A stretch of DNA of 64,000 nt from a bacterium. GTDB taxonomy: Bacteria; Verrucomicrobiota; Verrucomicrobiia; Limisphaerales; UBA11358. Numbering within the stretch: position 1 is the stretch's first letter; each line of letters starts with the position of its first letter. Positions 50,391 through 61,283 of the stretch are shown here, piece after piece. The notes beneath the pieces were generated by a model. That model did not search any database and had not been told where the DNA came from. It was given only the letters and a program-made list of their open reading frames with translations. The stretch is from contig JAKALA010000013.1 in assembly GCA_021813325.1 (NCBI GenBank), forward strand, positions 3,503 through 67,502, given 5' to 3'. Position numbers and translations under genes: made by a program.

Positions 50391-53300
50391 ATGAAATTCA
50401 ACCTCAAATTAACGTCGATTGCAGTTATTATGCTGGCGAGCACGTCGGCTTTTGCGGGCAGCGTCTCACTGCTGGCAAGCGACCCCATCGGGACCAGTTC
50501 ATTTAACGCCGCCGGAAAGTGGAGTAACAGCCAGGCCCCCAGCGCCGCCAACGATTACCTCATTGATGGATTTTTTCTACGGACCCCGGGCGACTCGGGG
50601 GGCGTCACTTATACCTTCGGCGGCAACTCGCTGACCCTGACCCACGGCAATGTCAGAAACATCATCGTCAAGAGCGGCAACAACGATACGTTCATCATCA
50701 ACAATCTCACCAACGCCTTTGGGGGCATCCTGGAAAACGGCGGATCGGGAAACGTCGCTGAAACATTCACCGGCAACCAGTGGACCATCGCGGCCAATTC
50801 GGCGGTCATGGCCAATCAAGGGTCGCTGGTTATCGGTTATCCGCTGATCGGCGGCGATGGCGTGGTGTTTACCAACGGGGGTGGCAATGCCAGCGGCATC
50901 ACCTACAACGGCGACAACTCCGGATTCAAAGGCATCCTGTATGTCTCCATGGTCAACTTTGGCAATGGCGGCGGGGCTTCCACCGTAATCCTGAATGCCG
51001 CCAACAGTGCGCCGGGCAATCCCTCCGCAGCCACGCCCAATCAAATCATGCTGGATGCCGGATGCACCTTGCGGGACAACGCGGGCATCAATTTTAACAA
51101 TGCCAACGGCGGGTTCAGGCTCTTGGGCAATGCCTCGATCAATGCGCAGGGGATTACGGTCATCGGCGAACCGGTCACCGACAACGGCGGCGGTTTCAGT
51201 CTGACCGCCAGCGGCCCGGGCACCCTGGTGTTGAGCAATGCCAACAACGCCTATTCCGGCGGGACGGTCATTGCCTCCGGAGTTTTGCAGGCCGGAGTGG
51301 CCAACGCCCTCCCCACGGGAAATGTGACGGTCACCGGCAGTCTCGACTTGAACACGCATGACACGAAAGTAAATGGATTGAGCGGGGCGGGATCGATTGA
51401 CACGGTGGCCGGCGGCACGCCGGTTTTGACCCTTGGCGCCCTCGGCGGCAGCGCCACTTTCAGTGGGGCCATTCAAAATTCAGCCGGCCGTCTTTCGCTG
51501 ACCAAGGTGGGGGCCGGGACGGAAACTTTGACGGGAACACTTTACTACGGGGGGAACACCCTCGTGGCGGGCGGCACGCTGGTTCTGTCCACCTTGAACG
51601 CGCCTTCATTATCGGGCGATCTGATCTCCAGCAACGGGGCGACGTTGAAGGTGGATGCCACCTCGGGGACGGGGTTGTCCGCCAACAACCTGACGATTGC
51701 CACCAATTCCATGCTGACCATATTGCCCGTTGGCTACAACTATGCCATCACTGGCAATGGCAGTCTGACCCTGCAAACCGGCGCCACCGTGTCGCTCAAC
51801 TACGGCACGCTTGCCAGCAACCCGACGATGCCGGCCATCAACTTGAGCGGCGGAGTCTCCACTCCCGGCGGCCCGGTCACCATCATCGTTTCCGCGACCG
51901 GGATTCAACCCGGCACCATCCCCCTGATCAAATACACCGGAACGCCTCTGGCAAGCCTGGCCAACTTCAATCTCGTTTCGCCCGGAATCGCGGCCGTGCT
52001 GGTTAACAATACGGCGAACAATTCGATTGATCTTCAGATCTCTGGCGCTTCCCAGAACCTCAGTTGGAGCGGAGCCAGCGGCTCGCTGTGGGATTTGGCC
52101 GCCGCCAACTGGAACAACCTGACCCTGGGCGGATCCACCCCCTACCAGCAATACACCAACGGCGCGGTGATCACGGGAGACGCGGTGACCTTTGATGACA
52201 CCCTGAGCGACTATAGCGCCACCAACATCACCGTCGCCGGAATGTTTTCACCCGTCACGTTCACGGCGAACAACAGCGCCGAGTCTTACAACTTTGCGGG
52301 AACCGGTGGCATCACGGGATCGACTTCATTGGTGAAATCCAATACGGCGTCCATTACGTTGCTCACCAGCAACAGTTTTACCGGCGGGGTTTATATTTAT
52401 GGCGGATCGGTTACGGTGACCAATGACAATGCTCTCGGGGCCTCCGGAGTCGGGATCAGTCTCAATGGCGGCACTCTGGGCTTCGCCGGAAACACCACCA
52501 GCACGCGTCCGATTACGACCACTGCGGCTTCATCCATTGACGTGGCGAGCAACCTGACGGTTCAACTGGCTGCTCCGCTAACCGGCGCCGGAGCCTTCAC
52601 CAAAACGGACGGCGGCACGTTGGTTCTGAGCGCGGACAATTCTCTCAGCAGCGCCTTTGTGGTGAATGGCGGGAATGTCAATGTCACGGGTGGAAACCTG
52701 GCTTTCGCGGGCACTTCTTATGTGGGCTATTTGAATAACAGCGGGGCGCTGGCCGTGAGCGGCGGCAGCCGCTTGAGTTCAAGCGGTGAGCTGCGCGTGG
52801 GCGGATCGGATACGAGCGGGGCCGCTTATGGCGCCTACGGCACAGTTAACATGACCGGCGGCACGGCGAACCTCAGCGCGCTCACCATCGCGCGCGGCAA
52901 CAACTATCAAAATACGGTTTCAGGTGAGGTCAACCTCAGTGGCGGAACCATGACCTCGACCAACGACGTTCTCATCGGCTTCGCGGGAGCCGGCAAGGGC
53001 ATATTGCGCATCAGCGGCAGCGGAACTCTCAACGTGGGCGCCACGGCAACCAAATGGCTGCGGTTTGGACAATGGGACAGCACCTCCGGTGAGATTGACA
53101 TCAGTGGCGGCAACCTGAACCTGAATCAAGGCACTTCCATCAAGTTCAATCAGAACAACAGCAGCGGTCCCAAGACGTTCAATCAGACCGGCGGGAATGT
53201 GACGTTTTACAGTGACTTCGCCACCACCGTGGGCGGCGGGGGCAACCTTGACCTGATGCTGACCGGCACCGCCTTGGCGACCAACACCTACAACCTGGAC

Positions 53301-55976
53301 GGCGGAATGTTGACCGTGCCCCAGATCACGTCCTCGGGCAGCACCGGCGCCAGAATCTTCAACTTCAATGGCGGCACGCTCAAGGCGACCGCAAAAAACA
53401 CGGCCTTCATGAATCTGGGTGGCGGCAGCGCCGTGGCCAATGTTCGTAACGGTGGCGCCATCATCGACGACGGAGGATTCGCCATCACCATCGCCCAAGC
53501 GTTGGTTCACAGCGCCATTGCCGGCGACAACGCCACTGATGGCGGCTTGACCAAAAACGGTTCCGGCACCCTGACCTTGAGCGCGGCCAACACCTACAAC
53601 GGAAAAACGACCGTCAACGCGGGCGTCCTGGTGACCACGACGGCCTCCGGTTTGGCCGGCGGCGCGACCATTGGTGATAACGCCACGCTTTCCATCGCGC
53701 AGGCTGGAAGCGCAACCATCTCCATGGCGGATTTGACGTTGAATGGTGGCGCCAGCACCCCGGGAGCCACCTTGGGACTGGGAATCACGGCCGCCAACAA
53801 TGCCGCCGTTCCCCTGGTGACCTGCAGCCGCCTGACCCTCAACGGGAACAACACGATCAGTCTGGCCGGCTCCGTAAAAGTGGGGACCATCGCCCTCATC
53901 AAGGCGACGGGAGCCATTGCGGGAGCGGGCAGCTTTGCCAACCTGATCCTGCCGCAAGGTGCGGAAGGAACCATCCAGGTGAGCTTTGACGGCACCTACA
54001 CCACGGTGAACGCGCAGATCACCAGCACCGGCCCGGGCCTGGTCTGGAGCGGCACGGACAGTGTTGCCCCCAATCTGTGGAATATCAATTCGGCCACCAA
54101 CTGGCTGCTCAATGCCACGCCGACCACGTATCAGCAGACGATCATTCCCGGGGACGGCGTCACCTTCAATGACCGTGGCAGCGGCACCGTGCTGTTGAAC
54201 ACCACGGTGGGACCGGCCAGCTTCGTGATCAGCAACAACAGCACCGCCTATACTTTCAGCGGCAGTGGCAACCTCTCCGGTCCGGCCAGTTTGATCAAGA
54301 CCGGCAACGGCAACGCCATTCTGACTTGGACCAACAACAGTTACAGCGGCGACACCGTGGTAAACGGCGGCAAGCTGACCGTGGCGAATGCTTCTTCCAT
54401 CCCGGCTACCGCCAACCTGATCCTCGGCGGCGGCACCCTGGAGCTGACCGGCGCAACCGCTTTGACCGCCAAGCAATTGATGGGTTCGGGCATTCTGGAC
54501 AACAATAGCGGGCAGAATCCAATCCTGACCATTGGCGACAGCACAGACGCCACTTGGAACGGGACCATTCAAGACCACGGCGCCGGCGGCGTGGCTTTGA
54601 TCAAGGTGGGCAGCGGCACGTGGACTGTGGGCGGCACCAATCATTTTAACGACGGACAGCCCTTCACCGACCGGAACCAAATCCTCGGCGGCACCGTGGT
54701 CATCACCAATGGCGGCGTGATCCACATCTCCGATCTGGAATTGCGGATTGCCAATGGCAGCGGCACCACCGGGGCGGTGGTGGTGGCCGGCGGCACGCTG
54801 CGCATCACCAACAACGTGCTGTCGGTTGGTTATGCCACCAATGCCGTCGGCACCCTCACCGTCAACAGCGGCACGATTGATCATAGCGGTGCCGGCTCGG
54901 CCTCTTTTGCCAGCGTGGCGAACAGCATTGACGTCGGCGCCCAAAGCAGCACTGGCACCCTGACCATGAATGGCGGACAGGTGCTGAATAATTCCCCGCT
55001 CTATCTGGGCGATGGCAACGGTGCGAGCGGCACCCTCTATTTGAACGGCGGCGTCTTGCAGGCGTCGGTGGTGGAACCCAACGGGACCCCGTTGAATTCC
55101 CTCGCTTATTTCAATGGCGGCACCTTGCGCGCCGCCACGAACACAGCCGACTTCATCGTGACCGGCACCACGCCTTACCTTCAGAGCGGCGGCATGATTT
55201 TGGATGATGCCGGGTGGGCGGTCAGCCTTTCCTCTCAGGGGCTCCAGGAAGATCCGTATTCAACGGGCGGCGGCTTGATCAAAACCGGCGCCGGGACGGT
55301 CTATCTGGACAGCTTCAACAGCTTCCCCGGAACGACGCTGGTGACGAATGGCACGCTGGCGGGTATCGGCTCGCTCACGGGGCCGGTGGTGGTGGCTCCG
55401 GGAGCCAATCTTGGCGCCGGGGATGCGGGCAATGCCGTCAGCTCACCGCTTTCCATCTACAACAGCTTAACGCTGCAAGGCAGTGCCACTTTCCGGGTCA
55501 GCAACAACGGCGGGTTTGCTCAAAACGACCAGGTCAGCGGCCTCACCAAAATCAACTACGGTGGCGTGCTGATCATCAACAATGTCACCAGTGACGGGAC
55601 CGCGCTGACCAACGGTGTCTTCCCGTTGTTCAGTGTGAATCCCGGCGCCTCCATCAGCGGAAACTTCACGAGCATCGTTGGCTCTCCCGGTTCCGGATTG
55701 GCCTATCGCTTCAATCCGACCAACGGCGTATTAAGCGTGGTCACGGGCTCGGTTGGACCGGCCGGTCCGGAGCATTTGACCAACAGCTACAGCGCGGGAG
55801 TGTTAAGCCTGTCGTGGCCGGCGGGTGAAGGCTGGCGCTTGCAGATGCAAACCAACAATCTGGCCACCGGTTTAAGCACGAACTGGATCGACGTCACCGA
55901 CGGCAGCATCAACAGCACAAACATCACGACCGATCCAACCAGGGCGGCCGTGTATTACCGGCTGGCGTATCCGTGA
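50391..55976 (+). CDS. giant (1861 aa) secreted autotransporter-associated beta-strand-repeat protein with conserved C-terminal module
   Basis: Signal peptide MKFNLKLTSIAVIMLASTSAFAG. Dozens of G.GTL.L...N.Y.G.T.V..G.L repeat units. The protein ends LSLSWPAGEGWRLQMQTNNL...NWIDV...AVYYRLAYP. Confidence 0.9.
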   Translation: MKFNLKLTSIAVIMLASTSAFAGSVSLLASDPIGTSSFNAAGKWSNSQAPSAANDYLIDGFFLRTPGDSGGVTYTFGGNSLTLTHGNVRNIIVKSGNNDTFIINNLTNAFGGILENGGSGNVAETFTGNQWTIAANSAVMANQGSLVIGYPLIGGDGVVFTNGGGNASGITYNGDNSGFKGILYVSMVNFGNGGGASTVILNAANSAPGNPSAATPNQIMLDAGCTLRDNAGINFNNANGGFRLLGNASINAQGITVIGEPVTDNGGGFSLTASGPGTLVLSNANNAYSGGTVIASGVLQAGVANALPTGNVTVTGSLDLNTHDTKVNGLSGAGSIDTVAGGTPVLTLGALGGSATFSGAIQNSAGRLSLTKVGAGTETLTGTLYYGGNTLVAGGTLVLSTLNAPSLSGDLISSNGATLKVDATSGTGLSANNLTIATNSMLTILPVGYNYAITGNGSLTLQTGATVSLNYGTLASNPTMPAINLSGGVSTPGGPVTIIVSATGIQPGTIPLIKYTGTPLASLANFNLVSPGIAAVLVNNTANNSIDLQISGASQNLSWSGASGSLWDLAAANWNNLTLGGSTPYQQYTNGAVITGDAVTFDDTLSDYSATNITVAGMFSPVTFTANNSAESYNFAGTGGITGSTSLVKSNTASITLLTSNSFTGGVYIYGGSVTVTNDNALGASGVGISLNGGTLGFAGNTTSTRPITTTAASSIDVASNLTVQLAAPLTGAGAFTKTDGGTLVLSADNSLSSAFVVNGGNVNVTGGNLAFAGTSYVGYLNNSGALAVSGGSRLSSSGELRVGGSDTSGAAYGAYGTVNMTGGTANLSALTIARGNNYQNTVSGEVNLSGGTMTSTNDVLIGFAGAGKGILRISGSGTLNVGATATKWLRFGQWDSTSGEIDISGGNLNLNQGTSIKFNQNNSSGPKTFNQTGGNVTFYSDFATTVGGGGNLDLMLTGTALATNTYNLDGGMLTVPQITSSGSTGARIFNFNGGTLKATAKNTAFMNLGGGSAVANVRNGGAIIDDGGFAITIAQALVHSAIAGDNATDGGLTKNGSGTLTLSAANTYNGKTTVNAGVLVTTTASGLAGGATIGDNATLSIAQAGSATISMADLTLNGGASTPGATLGLGITAANNAAVPLVTCSRLTLNGNNTISLAGSVKVGTIALIKATGAIAGAGSFANLILPQGAEGTIQVSFDGTYTTVNAQITSTGPGLVWSGTDSVAPNLWNINSATNWLLNATPTTYQQTIIPGDGVTFNDRGSGTVLLNTTVGPASFVISNNSTAYTFSGSGNLSGPASLIKTGNGNAILTWTNNSYSGDTVVNGGKLTVANASSIPATANLILGGGTLELTGATALTAKQLMGSGILDNNSGQNPILTIGDSTDATWNGTIQDHGAGGVALIKVGSGTWTVGGTNHFNDGQPFTDRNQILGGTVVITNGGVIHISDLELRIANGSGTTGAVVVAGGTLRITNNVLSVGYATNAVGTLTVNSGTIDHSGAGSASFASVANSIDVGAQSSTGTLTMNGGQVLNNSPLYLGDGNGASGTLYLNGGVLQASVVEPNGTPLNSLAYFNGGTLRAATNTADFIVTGTTPYLQSGGMILDDAGWAVSLSSQGLQEDPYSTGGGLIKTGAGTVYLDSFNSFPGTTLVTNGTLAGIGSLTGPVVVAPGANLGAGDAGNAVSSPLSIYNSLTLQGSATFRVSNNGGFAQNDQVSGLTKINYGGVLIINNVTSDGTALTNGVFPLFSVNPGASISGNFTSIVGSPGSGLAYRFNPTNGVLSVVTGSVGPAGPEHLTNSYSAGVLSLSWPAGEGWRLQMQTNNLATGLSTNWIDVTDGSINSTNITTDPTRAAVYYRLAYP

Positions 55977-56023
55977 TTCCGCGGTAAACCTGGTTGTATC
56001 CGGGGCGGGGTTGAAAACAAGTG

Positions 56024-56062
56024 GCGAGGTGCCGGCACGGGGTTCCGGCGCCTCGCTTTTTT
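56024..56062 (+). terminator. strong rho-independent terminator after the 1861-aa gene
   Basis: GCGAGGTGCCGG-cacggggtt-CCGGCGCCTCGC (12 bp, one G-U pair) followed by TTTTTT. Confidence 0.85.
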
Positions 56063-56266
56063 CTGGAGAGGCGATTGGATGGGCCGGATTCAAACAAGTT
56101 CCCGCCAAATGCAAAGCTGAGACAAAACCCGACTGGCTTTGAAATAACTGGCAGCCTTGCCTGCCGCGTCGCGCACCGGAGCAATGTGGCTTCTTCCACG
56201 AACAATTGGCCGGCCTTGCGCCGATTCACAAAACGCCCCGCCATACCCCGCCGCGAGTCAGGGCGT

Positions 56267-56276
56267 CCCCCCCCCC
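56267..56276. repeat. C10 homopolymer in a gene-free or degraded region
   Basis: Read directly from the sequence. Confidence 0.95.
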
Positions 56277-56967
56277 GGCAAAGCGCAGCGTCATGCTGGC
56301 CGCTTTGGCGAATGCGCGGCTTCCACCGGATTTTGGAGTCGAAGCAAACCAACGAACTCAAATCACCCCCCAAATCATCTCATCCCCAGGGGCCTGATGC
56401 TCGGGGTCCAGCAAACGGTATTGATTTTTCTGGGCGAGACGACTTAATCGTTGTGGCACGGCGGGGTGATATCGCTGATGCCCATGCCCGCCTTCACGAA
56501 AGCAACGAACAGATCCTCCTCAGCCGCGCCATTACCCTGGCTCGGAATTTACGGGCCTGCCTTGCGGGCCAAGCTCGTCCAGTTTGGCTTGCACCCGGAC
56601 CAAGAAACTGAACCAGAAGAGTGTGAACCAGAATCAGGCCTGGCGTCCTACCCGGGATCAGTCGGCGGCGATCCAGTTGATCGCGGATTATTTTTGCCAG
56701 CTTGGCGGGCGGATATGCGAGGGAAACCGGTTCGTTTTGGTTTTGCGTTGGCAGAAATGCAGCCATTGAATTGAAATTGCGCTATCGACACCAAAAAAAG
56801 GGCGGCCGTTTACTGCACCTAAACGGCCTATATGTAGATAGTTTCATGCTGGATTTTTATTAGAATTCTAGCATTAACCAACCCCAGTCGCTGCAAGGAA
56901 GTCAATTAAAACTATTTTGGCTGTCGAGCCAAAGTTGGCTTTAGCAGTGACCCAAACAAGACAAGTC

Positions 56968-57723
56968 ATGATGAAACTAGGAATGATGATTGCAGCCGGC
57001 ATAGCCACAATGTTAAGTGCTAACGCAACGATGCTCATTGATCGTGGGCTACCGACTGACAACCTTAACAATGGCGCGGGTGCAAACCGGTCCAATGTTG
57101 CTTGGGCTTTTGGCGGTTATACGCCATCCGATTATTGGGTAGCGGGTGATTCATTTCAAAACACCAGCACGGAAACCTGGGTCATCAACTCAATTCGTTT
57201 GTGGACAGTTGGCAATACCGATACTGCGACACTTTGGGGTGGACTTGCAGGAGGCACGCTTGGATCAATCTCCAGCGGCGTGATATCTGACGTCACCTAT
57301 GCAAGTGGCGACAATTATCAGGGCCCATCAGGCTCCTCAATCCAGATGCATCAAGTAGATTTTGCCGTGAACATCGTGTTGAGCGCTGGTCAAACTTACG
57401 ATTTCTTTTTGGATGGAACCGGATCCTCAACCGGTGTGGTGGTGCCCTTTGCGCATGCCTCCAACGCCGCCTTGAGTGGCTCGCCTCAAGATGGCGCCAA
57501 TGACACCATGCTCTACGCGGAAATTCTCAACGGGGTTTTGGATTCCGGAAGCGTGGGAACGTGGACTTCTCTAGGTGATGGTTGGGACAAGGCATCCGAC
57601 TTGAACGTGCAGGTCTTCGGAGCCGCAGTTCCTGAACCCGCTACTTTTGCCGCCGGCGCATTGCTGCTGCTGCCGCTGGGCGCGACAATATTACGCCGGA
57701 TGAAAACCCAAAAAAACATCTAG
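56968..57723 (+). CDS. PEP-CTERM sorting-domain protein (secreted, function unknown)
   Basis: Signal peptide MMKLGMMIAAGIATMLSANA. The C-terminus is VPEPATFAAGALLLLPLGATILRRMKTQKNI. GC is lower than the surroundings. Confidence 0.8.
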   Translation: MMKLGMMIAAGIATMLSANATMLIDRGLPTDNLNNGAGANRSNVAWAFGGYTPSDYWVAGDSFQNTSTETWVINSIRLWTVGNTDTATLWGGLAGGTLGSISSGVISDVTYASGDNYQGPSGSSIQMHQVDFAVNIVLSAGQTYDFFLDGTGSSTGVVVPFAHASNAALSGSPQDGANDTMLYAEILNGVLDSGSVGTWTSLGDGWDKASDLNVQVFGAAVPEPATFAAGALLLLPLGATILRRMKTQKNI

Positions 57724-57740
57724 GTTTGCATGTGTCTTCA

Positions 57741-57768
57741 AAGGCCGTTCAACCGAACGGCCTTTTTT
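57741..57768 (+). terminator. rho-independent terminator after the PEP-CTERM gene
   Basis: AAGGCCGTTC-aacc-GAACGGCCTT with a T6 run. Confidence 0.85.
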
Positions 57769-58377
57769 GATTGTTACTTGAAAGCGCCATCCTATACCGC
57801 CAATTTCCGCCAATCTAAAACTGGAAGCACGCATTAAGCTGCTAAATTGCCTTTTGCCCCCAATTTCATCAGTGCAAATCTCAATCAGTTGCCCGCACCA
57901 CGGCACATTCCAAATCCTTGATTTGCCCCCGGTCGCCAAAAGTGATCTTCGGATCGACGAACTCAAACTTGAGCACGCATCCACGCTCGGCGGCTAACTT
58001 GAGAATTTTTGACAAGTCCTTCGGGTCATTGCGCACGGCGGCGGCTTTCAACGTGGGATGCGTCGCTACAAAAATTTGTATTGTGTCGCCGATGGCGCGC
58101 TATGCGCTGGCTGTGGGGAACAAATTCCGCCGTGGCCGGAGTGCTTGGGCTTGGAGTTTTTTCCTCTAGCCGTCGTCGCATCCATTCCCGGCCTTCGGCT
58201 TCCATTTCCCGCTTCAACTCCCGCAAGGAGCGGGGATCATTGCTTGGCAGACTCGTCGAATTTCCTTGCGTTGGTGGGTTTCGTTGGCTCGGGGAGGGGT
58301 CGTTCACACGCCTGTTATGTGGGGGGGTGTCAAGTTGCGCCACGCTGGCCCTGGGAATAAAATTGTGCTTTTTCAGA

Positions 58378-58393
58378 TTTTTTTTTGGGGGGG
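58378..58393. repeat. abutting T9 and G7 homopolymers; further G7 runs at 58321-58327 and 58685-58691
   Basis: Read directly. The last G7 lies 9 nt upstream of the ATG at 58701. Confidence 0.95.
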
Positions 58394-58700
58394 CGCATCC
58401 CTGCCGTGGCAAAGTCAGGCCAGCGTGTTTTCGGTGGACGCAAGCCTGTGGACACCGCCTTTGCGCAGCCAGCGGACGTGCTGTTTTTCAAATTCGCCGG
58501 AGCTGTTTCATTTGCGTGGATTGGAGGGATCGCATTTATCCGCAATTGTTGAAATTGTTAGTTGTCAATCGGTTTTGATCCGTTATGGTGGCTGTGTTCC
58601 CAGCTTATGACACACACCGCAGGCATCTCTGCATCGCCCGGTTGGCCCTGCGGATGCCACCGTGCTTTGTGTTCCCGCAGGTTCGGGGGGGATTTAATTT

Positions 58701-59492
58701 ATGAACAAGCGACTCATATCTGCTCGTGGCCAGCGCCGGCGAACGGCCTTTACCTTGATTGAACTGCTGGTGGTGATTGCCATCATCGCCATTCTGGCGG
58801 CCATGCTGCTGCCGGCCCTGTCCCGGGCCAAGGAAAAGGCCAAACGGGCGCAGTGTCTGAACAATCTCCGGCAACTGGGCATCGGGGTCACCATTTATGC
58901 CGGCGACAACATGGACGTGGTTTTGAAAACCCGGTCCTTCGGCTTCAACCAATCGGTGCAACTGGCGCTGAATCCGCCGGAAGCCCAGGCCGCCGCCTCG
59001 GTCGGCTTGAAAGTGCTGACCAACGTGCCCTCGGTATGGACGTGCGCCAACCGTCCGGGATTGCCGGTGTATGAACCGGCGTTTCCCCAATGGGACATCG
59101 GCTTCCAGTATTTCGGCGGCATCACCAACTGGGTGAATTCAGCCGGCACCTTTTCGAGTAGTTACAGCCCGATCAAACTGGCCCAGGCGCGACCGTGGTG
59201 GGCGCTGGCCGCCGATCCGGTCATGAAAGTCAACGGCAAGTGGGGCGGGCAGGAAACCGGGCGCGAGTTTGTCTATGCCAACATGCCGCAGCATCATAGC
59301 CCCAACAATTTGATTCCCGTCGGCGGCAACCAGGTGTTTTGTGACGGCCACGGCGAATGGGACAAGGTGCAGGACATGCATTTTTTCACGACTTGGGACA
59401 CCGCCAACCGCATCGCCTATTTTTATCAGGACTCGCGGGATTTCAGCCCGCTGTTGTTAAACAAACTTCCCACGCTGGCCTTCAAGCCTTGA
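58701..59492 (+). CDS. prepilin-type N-terminal cleavage/methylation domain protein of the DUF1559 (H-X9-DG) pseudopilin-like family
   Basis: [45 protein letters not shown], and the C-terminal [23 protein letters not shown]. Confidence 0.9.
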   Translation: MNKRLISARGQRRRTAFTLIELLVVIAIIAILAAMLLPALSRAKEKAKRAQCLNNLRQLGIGVTIYAGDNMDVVLKTRSFGFNQSVQLALNPPEAQAAASVGLKVLTNVPSVWTCANRPGLPVYEPAFPQWDIGFQYFGGITNWVNSAGTFSSSYSPIKLAQARPWWALAADPVMKVNGKWGGQETGREFVYANMPQHHSPNNLIPVGGNQVFCDGHGEWDKVQDMHFFTTWDTANRIAYFYQDSRDFSPLLLNKLPTLAFKP

Positions 59493-59800
59493 GCGGCGCC
59501 GGTGGGTTCACCCCGGACGCCTTGCTCCAGCGATTGGCCAGCAGGCCGTTGATAAAAATCTGGAGCGGATGATAGACCATGATCGGCAACAGGATCAGGG
59601 ACACATTGCTGTTTGCGCCAAAGATGAGCAGGGCCAGCGGCACGTGGCGTAAAGCAAGCCGGACCTGCCGGCAAAGAGTGCCGCCACGCAGCCCAACACC
59701 CGGGCGGTCAGCGCCCAGCCATGCTGCTGCCAGAGCTGCTCCACAAATGAAGCCCAAAAGGCGGTGTAAACTATGAGCCTAGATTCCACAATGAAAACCG
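59482..59800 (-). pseudogene. possible frameshifted C-terminal remnant of a membrane transporter (bile-acid/Na+ symporter-like tail?)
   Basis: Two adjacent minus frames give ...FWASFVEQLWQQHGWALTARVLGCVAALFAG... and ...LALLIFGANSNVSLILLPIMVYHPLQIFINGLLANRW. There is no room for a full-length gene upstream. Confidence 0.3.
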
Positions 59801-60045
59801 CGAAATACGCGACCCGGCCGGGGTTACGGAATCATTACTCGATTCACCTGGTGGATGAAGGGATTTGGCGGTCTCACCGACTCGCTTTGGCCTTGGTTTT
59901 CGCGGGGTTGGGGTGGTTTGCGGTTTATCCCAACTGCGGAGTTTAGGTTGAATATAATGACCGGGTTGCTGAGGCGGGCGATCCACGGTTTGTGTTGATC
60001 CGGGCCTTGTCCGCAGTCAGAGGGGGCGCGTAAACTTTCCCTTCG

Positions 60046-61158
60046 CTATTTCAGCTTTTTTCGCAACCAAGCTCTTACGGGCTCATCGTATAGCTTTAAA
60101 CTGGCATGCGCCAAAACGACCGCGCCGGCCAGGGTAAGCAGGGCGTGGGGCCAGGCCTGCCGCAAGGTAATGCCGCTGTGATTGCTGACCCAGGCGACGT
60201 AAAAATAAACCAGCACATAATGGGTCATGTATAACGGATAAGATAGATCGCCGAGGAACCGGCAAATTTTAGCTTCGGTTTGATGCTGCACCACGCCGCT
60301 GGCGCCGATATAGACGATGAGGGGAAAAACCAGGATGATGCAGATGGCTTCATACAAACCATTCAGCCAAAGATGCGCGGCCCCGCCGATTCGGGGCATC
60401 AGCAAAACCACCCCCACCAGCAGGCTGCACCCGAGGAAGGCGTTTTTAATGCGGGCTGGCCGCGCCACCCGCGACAAAAGCAAGCCCGCAAAAAATGGGA
60501 ACAAGGTGCGCGTCATCCCAATGCGCATGTGTTCGGCATTAAGGGTCCAGCCGCCGGTGACGTCTCCGTTGGCGTTGGTCACCGCAAAATGCAAAAGCAC
60601 GGCTCCGCTCAGGAAGACAAAACAGGCCAAGGCTTTATTGGTTAATTTTCTTAACCCCAGCGCGTAAAGAATGTTGGCGATATACTCAAAAAATAATGAC
60701 CAGCTTACACTGTTAAGGGGATGCATTTCTTGCCAGCCGCGAATATCCATGGAAAGCGGAATCGGTAAAATGGTGTATCCGATCAACATCACGACGATCA
60801 GCTTCCATACCGGCACGGTATGAATCTGCGGCCATATGGTTGAGTCGGTAAAGTAAAAGCCGATGGCGCCGAGGGTCATGCCCAGGATTACGAGGGGTTG
60901 CAGTCGTTCGAGCCGGCGACGCAAAAAGCCGCCAAATGTTAATTTTCCCCAGCGGTCGTCGTAGGCGTAACCAATCACATAGCCGGAGAGGAGAAAGAAA
61001 AAATCCACGGCCAGGTAACCATGATTGACCACATTGTCCAGGTGGCTGCTGGAGAGCGGTTCGGCCAGGTGAAAGCACACCACGAAAACTGCGGCTACCC
61101 CCCGAAGCCCATCGAGTATTTGATAATGCGGCTTGGTGCCGAGTTGGTTGTTGTCCAT
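60046..61158 (-). CDS. acyltransferase family 3 (membrane O-acyltransferase)
   Basis: ILDGLRGVAAVFVVCFHL plus about 10 TM helices, the typical PF01757 organisation. Confidence 0.85.
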   Translation of the reverse strand: MDNNQLGTKPHYQILDGLRGVAAVFVVCFHLAEPLSSSHLDNVVNHGYLAVDFFFLLSGYVIGYAYDDRWGKLTFGGFLRRRLERLQPLVILGMTLGAIGFYFTDSTIWPQIHTVPVWKLIVVMLIGYTILPIPLSMDIRGWQEMHPLNSVSWSLFFEYIANILYALGLRKLTNKALACFVFLSGAVLLHFAVTNANGDVTGGWTLNAEHMRIGMTRTLFPFFAGLLLSRVARPARIKNAFLGCSLLVGVVLLMPRIGGAAHLWLNGLYEAICIILVFPLIVYIGASGVVQHQTEAKICRFLGDLSYPLYMTHYVLVYFYVAWVSNHSGITLRQAWPHALLTLAGAVVLAHASLKLYDEPVRAWLRKKLK

Positions 61159-61283
61159 CCAGTTGATATAAATTTATACGATGTGATCGAAATGGTCGAT
61201 CCGCCCGAGGAAACGCGTCCACTGCGGCGCCCACGCCTTTATGCGTCCCGCGCGGGAACGGTTGCGATCAGATGTGCTGGGTT

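Noticed and set aside
52920-54944. 674-aa minus-strand ORF inside the 1861-aa gene (smaller antisense/shadow ORFs span 50577-55594)
   Set aside because: It is antisense to a repeat protein whose frame carries a signal peptide and dozens of family-typical repeats. The shadow translation is low-complexity G/A/R/V.
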